The notes: generated by a model not told the origin, from the sequence alone. DNA of 63,199 bases from Candidatus Woesearchaeota archaeon (GCA_014729015.1 WJKR01000037.1:1-63199); one strand, 5' to 3'; positions 17,337 to 25,553 are shown, counted from the first letter of the stretch. Numbers and translations are program-made.

Positions 17337-17855
17337 ATGGATGTCATCATCGCCAACGAGCACCTGCAAGAAACGCTTTCCTTCGCTGGGAACTTAGGCA
17401 ACAAAGAACTCGTTATTCTGCATGAAAAACCAGGCGTAGTCACAAAAAACAAGCACAAGACCGCGTTGTTGGTGAAGAACACGAGAGAAGCGCAGCGATA
17501 CCACTGCAAATATGATTATCTCTTTGGCTTGGCGACACGGGAACTCATCGAGAACAAACTAGTGTCGCACGTCTTCGGCGCGGAGACGATGGAAGCGAAG
17601 GATAAGACGCACCGACGAGGATCAGGCATGAACCAAGTGCTGGCGAAATTGATTGCTGAGAAAAAGAAAGTGTATTGTTTTGACTTGCGATTATTGTTGG
17701 AGAAAGACCAAGCCGCCATGCTGGGCAGGATGCAGCAGAACAAGCGATTGTTGCAGAAGTATAAAGCGAAGACTGCCTTGTACTCGTTCGCTGAAGAACC
17801 ACTAGGATTGCGGGCAGAAAAGGAGAGGAAGCTGTTCCTCGAAGGAACCGTATAA
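17337..17855 (+). CDS. rnp3: RNase P protein component 3 (Rpp30-like), short form
   Basis: GSGMNQVLAKLIAEKKKVYCFDLRLLLEKDQAAMLGRMQQNKRLLQKYKAKTALYSFAEEPLGLRAEKE aligns by eye with Pyrococcus Rpp30 [27 protein letters not shown]...LVEKYKV..FLTSSAQEKWDVRYPRD. I trimmed track ORF 17268 to the ATG at 17337, which follows the TATA box. Confidence 0.65.
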   Translation: MDVIIANEHLQETLSFAGNLGNKELVILHEKPGVVTKNKHKTALLVKNTREAQRYHCKYDYLFGLATRELIENKLVSHVFGAETMEAKDKTHRRGSGMNQVLAKLIAEKKKVYCFDLRLLLEKDQAAMLGRMQQNKRLLQKYKAKTALYSFAEEPLGLRAEKERKLFLEGTV

Positions 17856-17865
17856 AAAGAGCAAA

Positions 17866-17877
17866 CTTTTTAAAGTA
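17866..17877 (+). promoter_or_regulatory. TATA box for first giant gene
   Basis: ctttttaaagta lies 46 nt upstream of the GTG at 17923. An SD-like gaggga sits 6-7 nt before the start. Confidence 0.4.
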
Positions 17878-17922
17878 TCGCCTGCACGAGTAACCAGAAA
17901 AAGAGGGCTTGAGGGATGAGGT

Positions 17923-20900
17923 GTGAAGACCGGTAAGGGTGTTCTCAAGAAAACAGGACTGTTGCTTATCATCTTATTGCTCACGCTACTCCTCAGCGTC
18001 GTCGTAACAGCAACTGTTTTTGACGAGGGTGGGAGCTCGACGATTCCTGACTGTTCGGATGATGCTTCTGCAAACCAGTTCCAAATATTTACCATAGAGC
18101 CAACTAGCCAGAGTAGATTACCTCATGCACTCACCTGGGATCTCGAGGGTGCCCGTTGTCATACACACGATTGGGAGTCGTTTAAGAAGTGCGAGAAGGA
18201 CTTAACTAATAGCCCATCATATTATCTCGATCCTTTTAAGGATAATTTCTTTTCTGATGACACAGACTACTTCTCTGAGGGCGTGCCGAACCCTTCAAGG
18301 AATCCCTACTCCGGGAAGTGCTGGGACTCATCCTATATCATGCTGCAGGATTACTTTAACACAGGGATCATACTCGGAGGATACCTCTATGTCACTGACG
18401 AAGAACCCACCATCTATCAATGGTACCGAAGCAGCGTGCACACATATGCTGGTTGTGGTAAAATGGAAGCCGCTACCTCTTTCGCTCTGATCACTGTTCA
18501 CAACGTCGACACCGACCCGGACAATGATATACCTGATGGTACCATCCTGTACGATGATCGCGTCGAGTTCAAACCTCATGCCGCTTCGTGGCAACAATGT
18601 GCAGGCAGTGAATGGAAAGGGATGGAGGACCCTGATATAGGAGCCCAGTTCACGCTTGACCGAGGCGTCTACTTCATCACCATCACGTACGAGATGGAAA
18701 GTGCTGATTATGATGGCATTAATGAGAAAGGTTTAGGAGAAACGCGCTTCCTGCTCTCGGATCAATCAAACCTTAATGATAACCATTTACCCTATAATCA
18801 TATTGATAATACTGATTTCGTGATTAAGAACCACTGGCTCGCATATGGTGACGTCAGGTCCGAGGTGCAACCAAAAATAGACCTCGATGCTTCGGAAACG
18901 TTCTGTGAAATCGCCAATTACGATTACGAATCAAGTGTTGGGAAGGATTATCGTTGTTGTGGTGATGACGACTACGTCGACAAGGACTATGTTGAAGACG
19001 ATTATCGATGCGAAAAAACCAGTGATGGGTGGGAATGGGTCGACGTCGACCTCTCCACTATCTGCTATGAGGCTTCTTCCCAACAAGACGGAAGCACCCC
19101 TTTCAAAGAAGCGGCTGTGGCGGCAGGCGTCGACGCAGCCACGCTTATCAGCGGAGTCCATAATGGCAGCGACGGTTGCTGCGGTGACGACCAAGGATTC
19201 GCGTGCAAAAAGTCTGACGACATTACTTGTAGTGACCTAGAAGCAAGCGCTTGTGCAGGGCTAGAGCCCTATGGCTGCGAATGGGTGGAGATATACCTGC
19301 CAGAACTGTGCAATGTGCCGACAGAGGACGCCCGGACATCCTATTGTGCCAATTATCAAAAACAATGTGCAGGAATAAGTGAAAGCTATACTTGTGGTTG
19401 TAAGGATGGATCGCCAGAAGGTTGCATCAATTCCCGAAGTGTATGCTCGCCTGATCCCAATCTAAACTGTGAGGGAAGCCATTGCGAAGGCACCTTCGAC
19501 CACCCAGGAAAATGCAACACCTTCTCTACCGAAGAGGGCTGTCCTGACATCATATGTACGTGGACCGAAGTCGACGAGCAGGACTATGGCTACCTCTATG
19601 ACAACACACTCCTCTGCCTGGATGACTATGATAGTTCTAGAACACCCCCCATTATTTATGACGGCTCCGGCGATTGGAACTGGTGGGACGTCTCGGAAAC
19701 AGCGTACCAAGTCCATCTCGTGGACGGCAATGAGCCTGATGACATTGATTATCTCTCCAACCGCGAGGACTGGTTTGTGTGCAAGGCTGACCAAGAAGGC
19801 GTCGATATGTCTTCGTCGCCGGCAGTTGTGGGAAACCTCGAGCATCCTCGGGCGCCCAGCGGCGTCACCCTCGCCACGATGTGCGTACCGCACGAAGCGC
19901 TCGAAGACATCGCGGTAGCCAACACCTATGAGGGTGACACCTGGTCGAACTTCCTCTTCACCACGAAAAACTATTGCACCGAAACCATCGCTTCTTCCCA
20001 TAACAATGATCCTGTGCAGACATACAATAACTATCTCAATAAGAATTATGATTCCTATGCAGGCTATACCATCGATCAGATAGCAGACAACCTCATCGGC
20101 TGCTGCTACACGGATTTACAATCAATGCCGAAGGAACTCCCCGATATAGACACCCTCCATGATCCCGCAGTGTTCTTTAATCGGAGCCTCGGGTATGACT
20201 GGTGCTCGAGCATCACGTGCGTCGCCGACCAGAATCACGAGCTCTCAGAAACATCCCCTGGCGAGATAGGGAACGAGCCGACCACCAGTTTTAGGCCGAA
20301 AGAGGACTCTCACCGGTTCCCCGGCAACCTTCTCGCAGGAGAATCATTGACCTGCCAGCAGATTGCGAGTGGAAAGGACTATAATGAATGCACTGATGGT
20401 TCGAAGTGCGTTAGTGGTACGTCATACGTGCTGAGCGACGGCGACATCTGCTGCGTCGAAGGCACGTGTGAAGACCCAGATGACATCACCTGTGAGGACA
20501 TCGCCGAAGAAGGAGAGCAGTACTACACATTGCCTTTCTCAGGAGACTTTGCAGCATTCGAATGCTCAGAAACGGTCGTGGACGCCGGCGCCGAACAATG
20601 CTGCTTTGGAGAACCCGTGCCGCCAACACTGGACGTCAAGCTGTTCTCCTACATCGATAATGAGGCCCTCATCTGCCACGAACTGCCTAACGGGCGATCA
20701 GCGTTCGCCGAATGCTGCTCAGACCAGTACTGTTTTAACGCCCAGACATGGTCGGATCTCAATGACAACAACGGCCCGGACAACGGCCGCGTCTTCACCG
20801 AAGGGTCACAATTGCAGACCATCCTTAGCTTCGACCGCCTCGGAGAGGGCACCATCCCGAAAGACCTCATCTGGGAATACACCTTCACGACGTACAAGGA

Positions 20901-23900
20901 CAATCCTCAAACTAAGATTATTATCAATGGGGAAGACCTCCGCATCCGCGATGAGTATCGGAACTGGTCTGATTATGATTATCTCACGTTCGACATAGGC
21001 TACGAAGGTTTCCTCGACCTCGCTAACATCATACTCGATAATGATACTGATCGCCAGACCGTGCCGTCCGCATCGACCAGGAACTTCACTCTGGGTAGTT
21101 ATTCGCTCATCCCCGGCCTCCCGCCGAACAGGTGGCACCATGTCATCATACCTCTTGAACAATTTAACCAACAGACTAATAGTCAGGTCGGCAGGTTATA
21201 CTTTACCATCAACAATACCCAGGAGTTGTCGGACGCGTTCGTCAGGGTGTGGATGGACAACTTCGTCCTGCACAACGACACAATGAACGGTCCTGACACC
21301 CCTTACTGCTCTGGCCGCTACCGGCAATGGATCGATAACTTCTCCATCGGGGACTACAATTATGACAACCAAGTAGACGAGAACGACATCAATGACTATG
21401 GTCCGCCCATGGTGGCGTGCGACGCGCAGATGAGCTTCGAATGGACAGGGACGGAGTGCTGCGGCGCAAAGACGACCAAAGTTACTGTCAGTGATTACTC
21501 TACTGCGGAGTTCTACAACGACACCTTTGCCGGTTGCTGGGCCGGCGTCGCGGTCAATGACGGTCAGACCGTTGCGCAAGCGTTCGGGAACAACGTTGAC
21601 TACTGGCCGTACGTGCTGTACCACGAAGGAGACTTCATCAGCTGCAACACATCGATTATTAAGTCCGAAGATGTCGGTGGTAGGACTGTGGGCACAGATT
21701 TGGATGCCGACATCCCTGTCAGCAATGCCGACCTGTACGAGCAGTTTGACGATTGGTACTGCGACACGGCCCCGTCAGGGAGGGTGTGGAGCAAGCAATC
21801 AACCTGTGAAGATAATCCGAACACGAACTGGACGGGTACGCGGTGCTGCGGCTTGTGGACCACGAACGAGCAGGGCGAGTACTACAATGATACCTTGATG
21901 GGTTGCTGGAACGGGACAGCAGTCCTTGACAATAAGGTCCCGCCTGACAACCAGTCCATCCTCTACTTTCACAAGCATTTCTGGAGCTGCAACACCAGTA
22001 TGACATTCACTGATATCATTGGCGTAGGTCACACCACTGATGAGGGAGGGGACATCAACCTCACCCAACCGTTCACCATGCTCGGCGACTGGTACTGCGA
22101 CCCAGGAGATACCAATATGCCTGCTTCCTGGAAGCCGCTCAGCGAGCTCCAGCGGAACCGGTTGTTGGTCAGCAAGCTGTACAGCTTCACGGAGCAAGGC
22201 TGTGACTCGTTTGATTTGCACTGCGATGACTTCGACACGGCCATGACGAGCTCGTCGCTCATCAACTTGTCCAACGTAGGTGAAGAGATGCAAACCAAGC
22301 CGGAGACGGCGTGCGTGCTTAAGTGTTATCAAAAAGACAGGAATAACGAGCTCTTCGTCTCCCAAATCACCTTCGGCGTTCCGCTCGGCGAAGCCATGGA
22401 CCAGGAAGCCTTCTTCAGTAGCCTCACCGCGGCGTTCTATCCGCTGAACGGCACCGACAAGTACGGCTATTATCATGTCAACTGCTCCAAGGACGCTGAG
22501 GAGCAGCCTTTGCCGGATATCATCATGCTCGGCTCAGGAGCAGACCTGTTCACCGACTGCTACATCGACGCGACCAAGCAAAACAGCTACCTCCACGTGT
22601 CGTACAACAAGCCGTTGAAGCTCGCGCTCATCACCATGGAACAACCTGAAGAGCAAGGGTTCCTCATTGATTTCTGGCAGGCCCTCACCATGGAACAACC
22701 TGAAGAGCAAGGGTTCCTCACTGATTTCTGGCAGGCCATCACCGGCTTCTTCAGAGGACTCTTCGGCAATGAGGGGGGAACAACCAACCAGGCGGCGCCG
22801 ACCGTACCTATAGAATCCATCTTCCACTCAGACTTCGACCACGTCTACCTCAGCAGGCGAGGCGATCAGCGCATCATAGGTATCAAGGAAGAGGCTGATG
22901 GTACTGTGCACGTCAGGGTTGATTATCACAACCTGAGCGTGAACGTCCTGCCATTGGTGCATGCCTATCACTACCTCGGCCTGGATGAGAGCGAAGCAAA
23001 GGTGTGCACGGAGAACTACACGCAGACCGTCTACCTCTCATACTCTGACTCCATCAGCGACGATGTGGACTGGCGGTTCTTGACCAGTAACCTGCGCCTC
23101 AACGCGTCGACTACGCGGAAGGATTTCGGCGAGAGCGAGAACAGCTGCTTCTTACACAACGGCCAGATCGACAACGATGATGAGGAATGTGATGACACGT
23201 ACGGCGGGGACTACGGCACCATCGTCGCCTTCTCGTCTTCGCTTGATGAGGATGATCGCTGGTGCTCTGCAGAGAAGGATCGGGAGAAGGGCTGCACTGA
23301 CGGCAAGCTGAACGATTCGGCCTGCGGTGTCGAGCGGTACTATTTCTTCGTCACGAACAGTACCTATACAGGTAATCTTGGAGGGAAGGAGAGTGCTGAT
23401 GCCGCATGCCTCGGCCGCGCCGAGCAAGCATCGTTCTTTGAAGACATCCTTACCGACAATGAGGACCAAGCGTATGCCATCGTCTCTACCCAAGAGATGT
23501 CTGCGAGGGCGCCGTTCGCCACCACCCGGGACGCGCCCGTCTTCATCCACCTCTCTCCAAGAGGTAATCTTTCGCTCGGCACAATCGCAGAGCTTTTCCC
23601 TGATGTCAGTGCGTCGAGTGCGGGTTATAAGTACACCGATACGTTGCTGTACAACGCGTCAGGTGATGAAATATCAGATGATGAGTATTTGCAGTATGTT
23701 TGGACTGGTTCTGACTGGAAAGGATTACTGCACCATGTCCGCAGCATCAACTGCGACGACTGGACAAGTAATGAAAGTGGGGTTTACGGCTCTGTCGGCG
23801 CCCCGTTCCGCGCGGATATTCCGAGCCAATGGATTTACAACAACAAAGAACAATATTACTCTAAATTCCAATGCTCGACCGAGAAACGCCTCATGTGCCT

Positions 23901-23916
23901 CGTCCCTGCATATTGA
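17923..23916 (+). CDS. giant secreted cysteine-rich surface protein (1997 aa)
   Basis: - Uninterrupted ORF with an N-terminal hydrophobic anchor/signal KKTGLLLIILLLTLLLSVVV.
- Dozens of Cys, with CCG and CGC motifs.
- A jelly-roll/CBM-like segment (DYLTFDIGYEG...NRWHHVIIPLEQF...VWMDNFVL, ~20960-21280).
- A duplicated WTGT-CCG...SCNTS...DWYCD module.
- A C-terminal endostatin/DUF1554-like domain. Confidence 0.85.
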   Translation: MKTGKGVLKKTGLLLIILLLTLLLSVVVTATVFDEGGSSTIPDCSDDASANQFQIFTIEPTSQSRLPHALTWDLEGARCHTHDWESFKKCEKDLTNSPSYYLDPFKDNFFSDDTDYFSEGVPNPSRNPYSGKCWDSSYIMLQDYFNTGIILGGYLYVTDEEPTIYQWYRSSVHTYAGCGKMEAATSFALITVHNVDTDPDNDIPDGTILYDDRVEFKPHAASWQQCAGSEWKGMEDPDIGAQFTLDRGVYFITITYEMESADYDGINEKGLGETRFLLSDQSNLNDNHLPYNHIDNTDFVIKNHWLAYGDVRSEVQPKIDLDASETFCEIANYDYESSVGKDYRCCGDDDYVDKDYVEDDYRCEKTSDGWEWVDVDLSTICYEASSQQDGSTPFKEAAVAAGVDAATLISGVHNGSDGCCGDDQGFACKKSDDITCSDLEASACAGLEPYGCEWVEIYLPELCNVPTEDARTSYCANYQKQCAGISESYTCGCKDGSPEGCINSRSVCSPDPNLNCEGSHCEGTFDHPGKCNTFSTEEGCPDIICTWTEVDEQDYGYLYDNTLLCLDDYDSSRTPPIIYDGSGDWNWWDVSETAYQVHLVDGNEPDDIDYLSNREDWFVCKADQEGVDMSSSPAVVGNLEHPRAPSGVTLATMCVPHEALEDIAVANTYEGDTWSNFLFTTKNYCTETIASSHNNDPVQTYNNYLNKNYDSYAGYTIDQIADNLIGCCYTDLQSMPKELPDIDTLHDPAVFFNRSLGYDWCSSITCVADQNHELSETSPGEIGNEPTTSFRPKEDSHRFPGNLLAGESLTCQQIASGKDYNECTDGSKCVSGTSYVLSDGDICCVEGTCEDPDDITCEDIAEEGEQYYTLPFSGDFAAFECSETVVDAGAEQCCFGEPVPPTLDVKLFSYIDNEALICHELPNGRSAFAECCSDQYCFNAQTWSDLNDNNGPDNGRVFTEGSQLQTILSFDRLGEGTIPKDLIWEYTFTTYKDNPQTKIIINGEDLRIRDEYRNWSDYDYLTFDIGYEGFLDLANIILDNDTDRQTVPSASTRNFTLGSYSLIPGLPPNRWHHVIIPLEQFNQQTNSQVGRLYFTINNTQELSDAFVRVWMDNFVLHNDTMNGPDTPYCSGRYRQWIDNFSIGDYNYDNQVDENDINDYGPPMVACDAQMSFEWTGTECCGAKTTKVTVSDYSTAEFYNDTFAGCWAGVAVNDGQTVAQAFGNNVDYWPYVLYHEGDFISCNTSIIKSEDVGGRTVGTDLDADIPVSNADLYEQFDDWYCDTAPSGRVWSKQSTCEDNPNTNWTGTRCCGLWTTNEQGEYYNDTLMGCWNGTAVLDNKVPPDNQSILYFHKHFWSCNTSMTFTDIIGVGHTTDEGGDINLTQPFTMLGDWYCDPGDTNMPASWKPLSELQRNRLLVSKLYSFTEQGCDSFDLHCDDFDTAMTSSSLINLSNVGEEMQTKPETACVLKCYQKDRNNELFVSQITFGVPLGEAMDQEAFFSSLTAAFYPLNGTDKYGYYHVNCSKDAEEQPLPDIIMLGSGADLFTDCYIDATKQNSYLHVSYNKPLKLALITMEQPEEQGFLIDFWQALTMEQPEEQGFLTDFWQAITGFFRGLFGNEGGTTNQAAPTVPIESIFHSDFDHVYLSRRGDQRIIGIKEEADGTVHVRVDYHNLSVNVLPLVHAYHYLGLDESEAKVCTENYTQTVYLSYSDSISDDVDWRFLTSNLRLNASTTRKDFGESENSCFLHNGQIDNDDEECDDTYGGDYGTIVAFSSSLDEDDRWCSAEKDREKGCTDGKLNDSACGVERYYFFVTNSTYTGNLGGKESADAACLGRAEQASFFEDILTDNEDQAYAIVSTQEMSARAPFATTRDAPVFIHLSPRGNLSLGTIAELFPDVSASSAGYKYTDTLLYNASGDEISDDEYLQYVWTGSDWKGLLHHVRSINCDDWTSNESGVYGSVGAPFRADIPSQWIYNNKEQYYSKFQCSTEKRLMCLVPAY
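22633..22740 (+). repeat. in-frame 54-nt tandem duplication (2 copies, 52/54 identical)
   Basis: accatggaacaacctgaagagcaagggttcctca[t/c]tgatttctggcaggcc[c/a]tc occurs twice. It encodes TMEQPEEQGFL(I/T)DFWQA(L/I). Confidence 0.95.
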
Positions 23917-23939
23917 TGAGTCATAAAAAACCGAAGCAC

Positions 23940-23947
23940 ATAAAAAC
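23940..23947 (+). promoter_or_regulatory. TATA box for MEMO-like gene (leaderless)
   Basis: ataaaaac lies 24 nt upstream of the ATG at 23971. Confidence 0.4.
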
Positions 23948-23970
23948 CTCGCATCCTTTTGTCGTTCTTG

Positions 23971-24837
23971 ATGAGAAAACCGCGCTACGCAGGACTCTTC
24001 TATGAGAAAGGGGAAGTCTCCTTGAAAAAGCAGCTTCGGGAGTGCTTCGAAGGGCCGCGGGGACCGGGAGCGCTGCCGCCGGAACGACAAGCGGAGAAGA
24101 AAGCAGCGTTGCCCCAAGCGGTCATCGCGCCGCACGCCGGCTATCAGTACTCGGGCGCCTGCGCGGCGTGGAGCTACAAGGCGATGGGGGAGGCGCCCTT
24201 GGCAGACGTCTATGTCATATTAGCACCGAGCCATCACGGCAGCAGCTCAGGACTCACCCAGCAGACGTTCGAGACCCCCTTGGGACTGGTCAGGGTGGAC
24301 CAGGACCTCGCCAGGAGGCTCTTGGAGAAAGGCACGATCAAGGAGAACGACGCCATCCACGAACAAGAGCACGCCATCGAAGTGCACCTTCCTTTCTTAC
24401 AGTTCATCCACCAGGACGTGATCGAAAGGGTGAAGGTATTGCCTCTTCTCGTCAGCCAAGACGTGGACCTCCAGCAGTTAGCGGTTGACCTCAAAGAGGT
24501 ATTGGTGGACACAGAGAAAAAGGCGGTCATCATCGCCTCATCAGACTTCACGCACTACGGCCGGCACTACCATTACGTCCCGTTCGAGGAGAACGCGCAG
24601 GAACAGATAGCGGCCTTGGACAAGGGCGCCATCGACTTCATAAAGACAAGAGACCACGAAGGATTCTTGCAATACGTCGGTGACAAGTCAGCCACGATTT
24701 GCGGCGCTCATCCCATCGCGTTACTGCTCAGACTGGTCAAGCCGGGCGACGTCTTATTAGAGCAATACTATACTTCTGCGGCCATCACTGGCGACCAGAA
24801 GAATAGCGTGAGTTACGCGAGCATCGTCTTCATGTAG
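23971..24837 (+). CDS. MEMO1 / AmmeMemoRadiSam system protein B family protein
   Basis: Motifs RKPRYAGLFY, AVIAPHAGYQYSG, YVILAPSHH, EHAIEVHLPFLQ, ASSDFTHYG and ATICGAHPI. I prefer the ATG at 23971 over the TTG at 23959. Confidence 0.85.
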   Translation: MRKPRYAGLFYEKGEVSLKKQLRECFEGPRGPGALPPERQAEKKAALPQAVIAPHAGYQYSGACAAWSYKAMGEAPLADVYVILAPSHHGSSSGLTQQTFETPLGLVRVDQDLARRLLEKGTIKENDAIHEQEHAIEVHLPFLQFIHQDVIERVKVLPLLVSQDVDLQQLAVDLKEVLVDTEKKAVIIASSDFTHYGRHYHYVPFEENAQEQIAALDKGAIDFIKTRDHEGFLQYVGDKSATICGAHPIALLLRLVKPGDVLLEQYYTSAAITGDQKNSVSYASIVFM

Positions 24838-24855
24838 TTGCTTCAATGTGTTTCT

Positions 24856-24990
24856 TCAGTATGTTGATGTCCGTTCGACGTTTTCGAGCAAGGTTTTCGC
24901 CCTTTCCACGTCTTTCTCCTCTTTAGCTTGCAGGCTTCCTTCTTCAATGCCTTGCTTGTACACTTCCTCGAGGTTTTTTATGTTTTTCAT
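24856..24990 (-). CDS. 44-aa ORF translationally coupled to NTase gene (hand-translated, below track cutoff)
   Basis: Its ATG overlaps the NTase TGA (ATGA). The product is MKNIKNLEEVYKQGIEEGSLQAKEEKDVERAKTLLENVERTSTY. It has no recognisable motif and may be a remnant. Confidence 0.25.
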   Translation of the reverse strand: MKNIKNLEEVYKQGIEEGSLQAKEEKDVERAKTLLENVERTSTY

Positions 24991-25553
24991 GCGTTCACTT
25001 GTGCTATGTCGTGTATGTTCCCTTTCACGAAGTATCCTTTTGCCACGTTCTTGAGGAGTCCTGATGGTACTTGCTTTGCGTGCTTCAAGGCAGGATATGC
25101 GTACACTTCGAGTGTTCTCGCCGCCCCTTGGAATCCTATTCCTTTCCAGAGCATCCCGTGCCTGAACGCTTCGGGGTTGCCGAGGATGAAGATGTCTACG
25201 TCGCTGTTCGCGTGCCAGTCTGACCGGGCGAAACTGCCGAAGATGATGACGGCCTTTGCTTCAGCCAGTGCTTGTAGTTTGGTGAGCAAGCCCGAGTCGT
25301 AGAGCTTGTGTAGTGCGTAGAGTTTCTTCCTCGTGCGGTACGCGTCTGTTTCGTGATTGCTGATGAAATAGGGCATCTTCCCTCTTGGTTTCACTCGTCT
25401 GATGATGGTTTCCGCGAGCAGCTTCTTGAGCCATTTGTTCGCGCTGGGCTCGCTGATATGTGCTGTTGTGGTGATGTCTGAGAAGTGCCAGTGTTTTGTC
25501 GGCTCGTTCAGGAAGAGTTCAAGGACCCGTTCTTCTTTTGTCGGCAAACCCAT
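24987..25553 (-). CDS. wHTH plus minimal nucleotidyltransferase (MNT-like) domain protein
   Basis: An NTase signature is present: IIFGSFARSDWHANSDVDIFI (GS...D.D). The N-terminal helix-turn-helix-like segment reads FSDITTTAHISEPSANKWLKKL. I chose the start MGLPTKEE because an AT-rich TATA region at 25574-25590 lies ~27 nt upstream. Confidence 0.75.
   Translation of the reverse strand: MGLPTKEERVLELFLNEPTKHWHFSDITTTAHISEPSANKWLKKLLAETIIRRVKPRGKMPYFISNHETDAYRTRKKLYALHKLYDSGLLTKLQALAEAKAVIIFGSFARSDWHANSDVDIFILGNPEAFRHGMLWKGIGFQGAARTLEVYAYPALKHAKQVPSGLLKNVAKGYFVKGNIHDIAQVNA

Noticed and set aside
17923-17990. Class III (prepilin-like) signal in giant protein 1 (KGVLKKTGLLLIILLL).
   Set aside because: A K-G-V-L match exists, but two further Lys residues follow the putative cleavage site before the hydrophobic stretch. 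It is better described as a generic signal or anchor, so I did not count it with the pilin-like set.
24856-25553. Interpretation as a functional MNT-HEPN toxin-antitoxin pair.
   Set aside because: The downstream partner is only 44 aa, lacks the HEPN R-x4-6-H motif, and is truncated by the convergent MEMO-like gene. I kept it only as a low-interest note.
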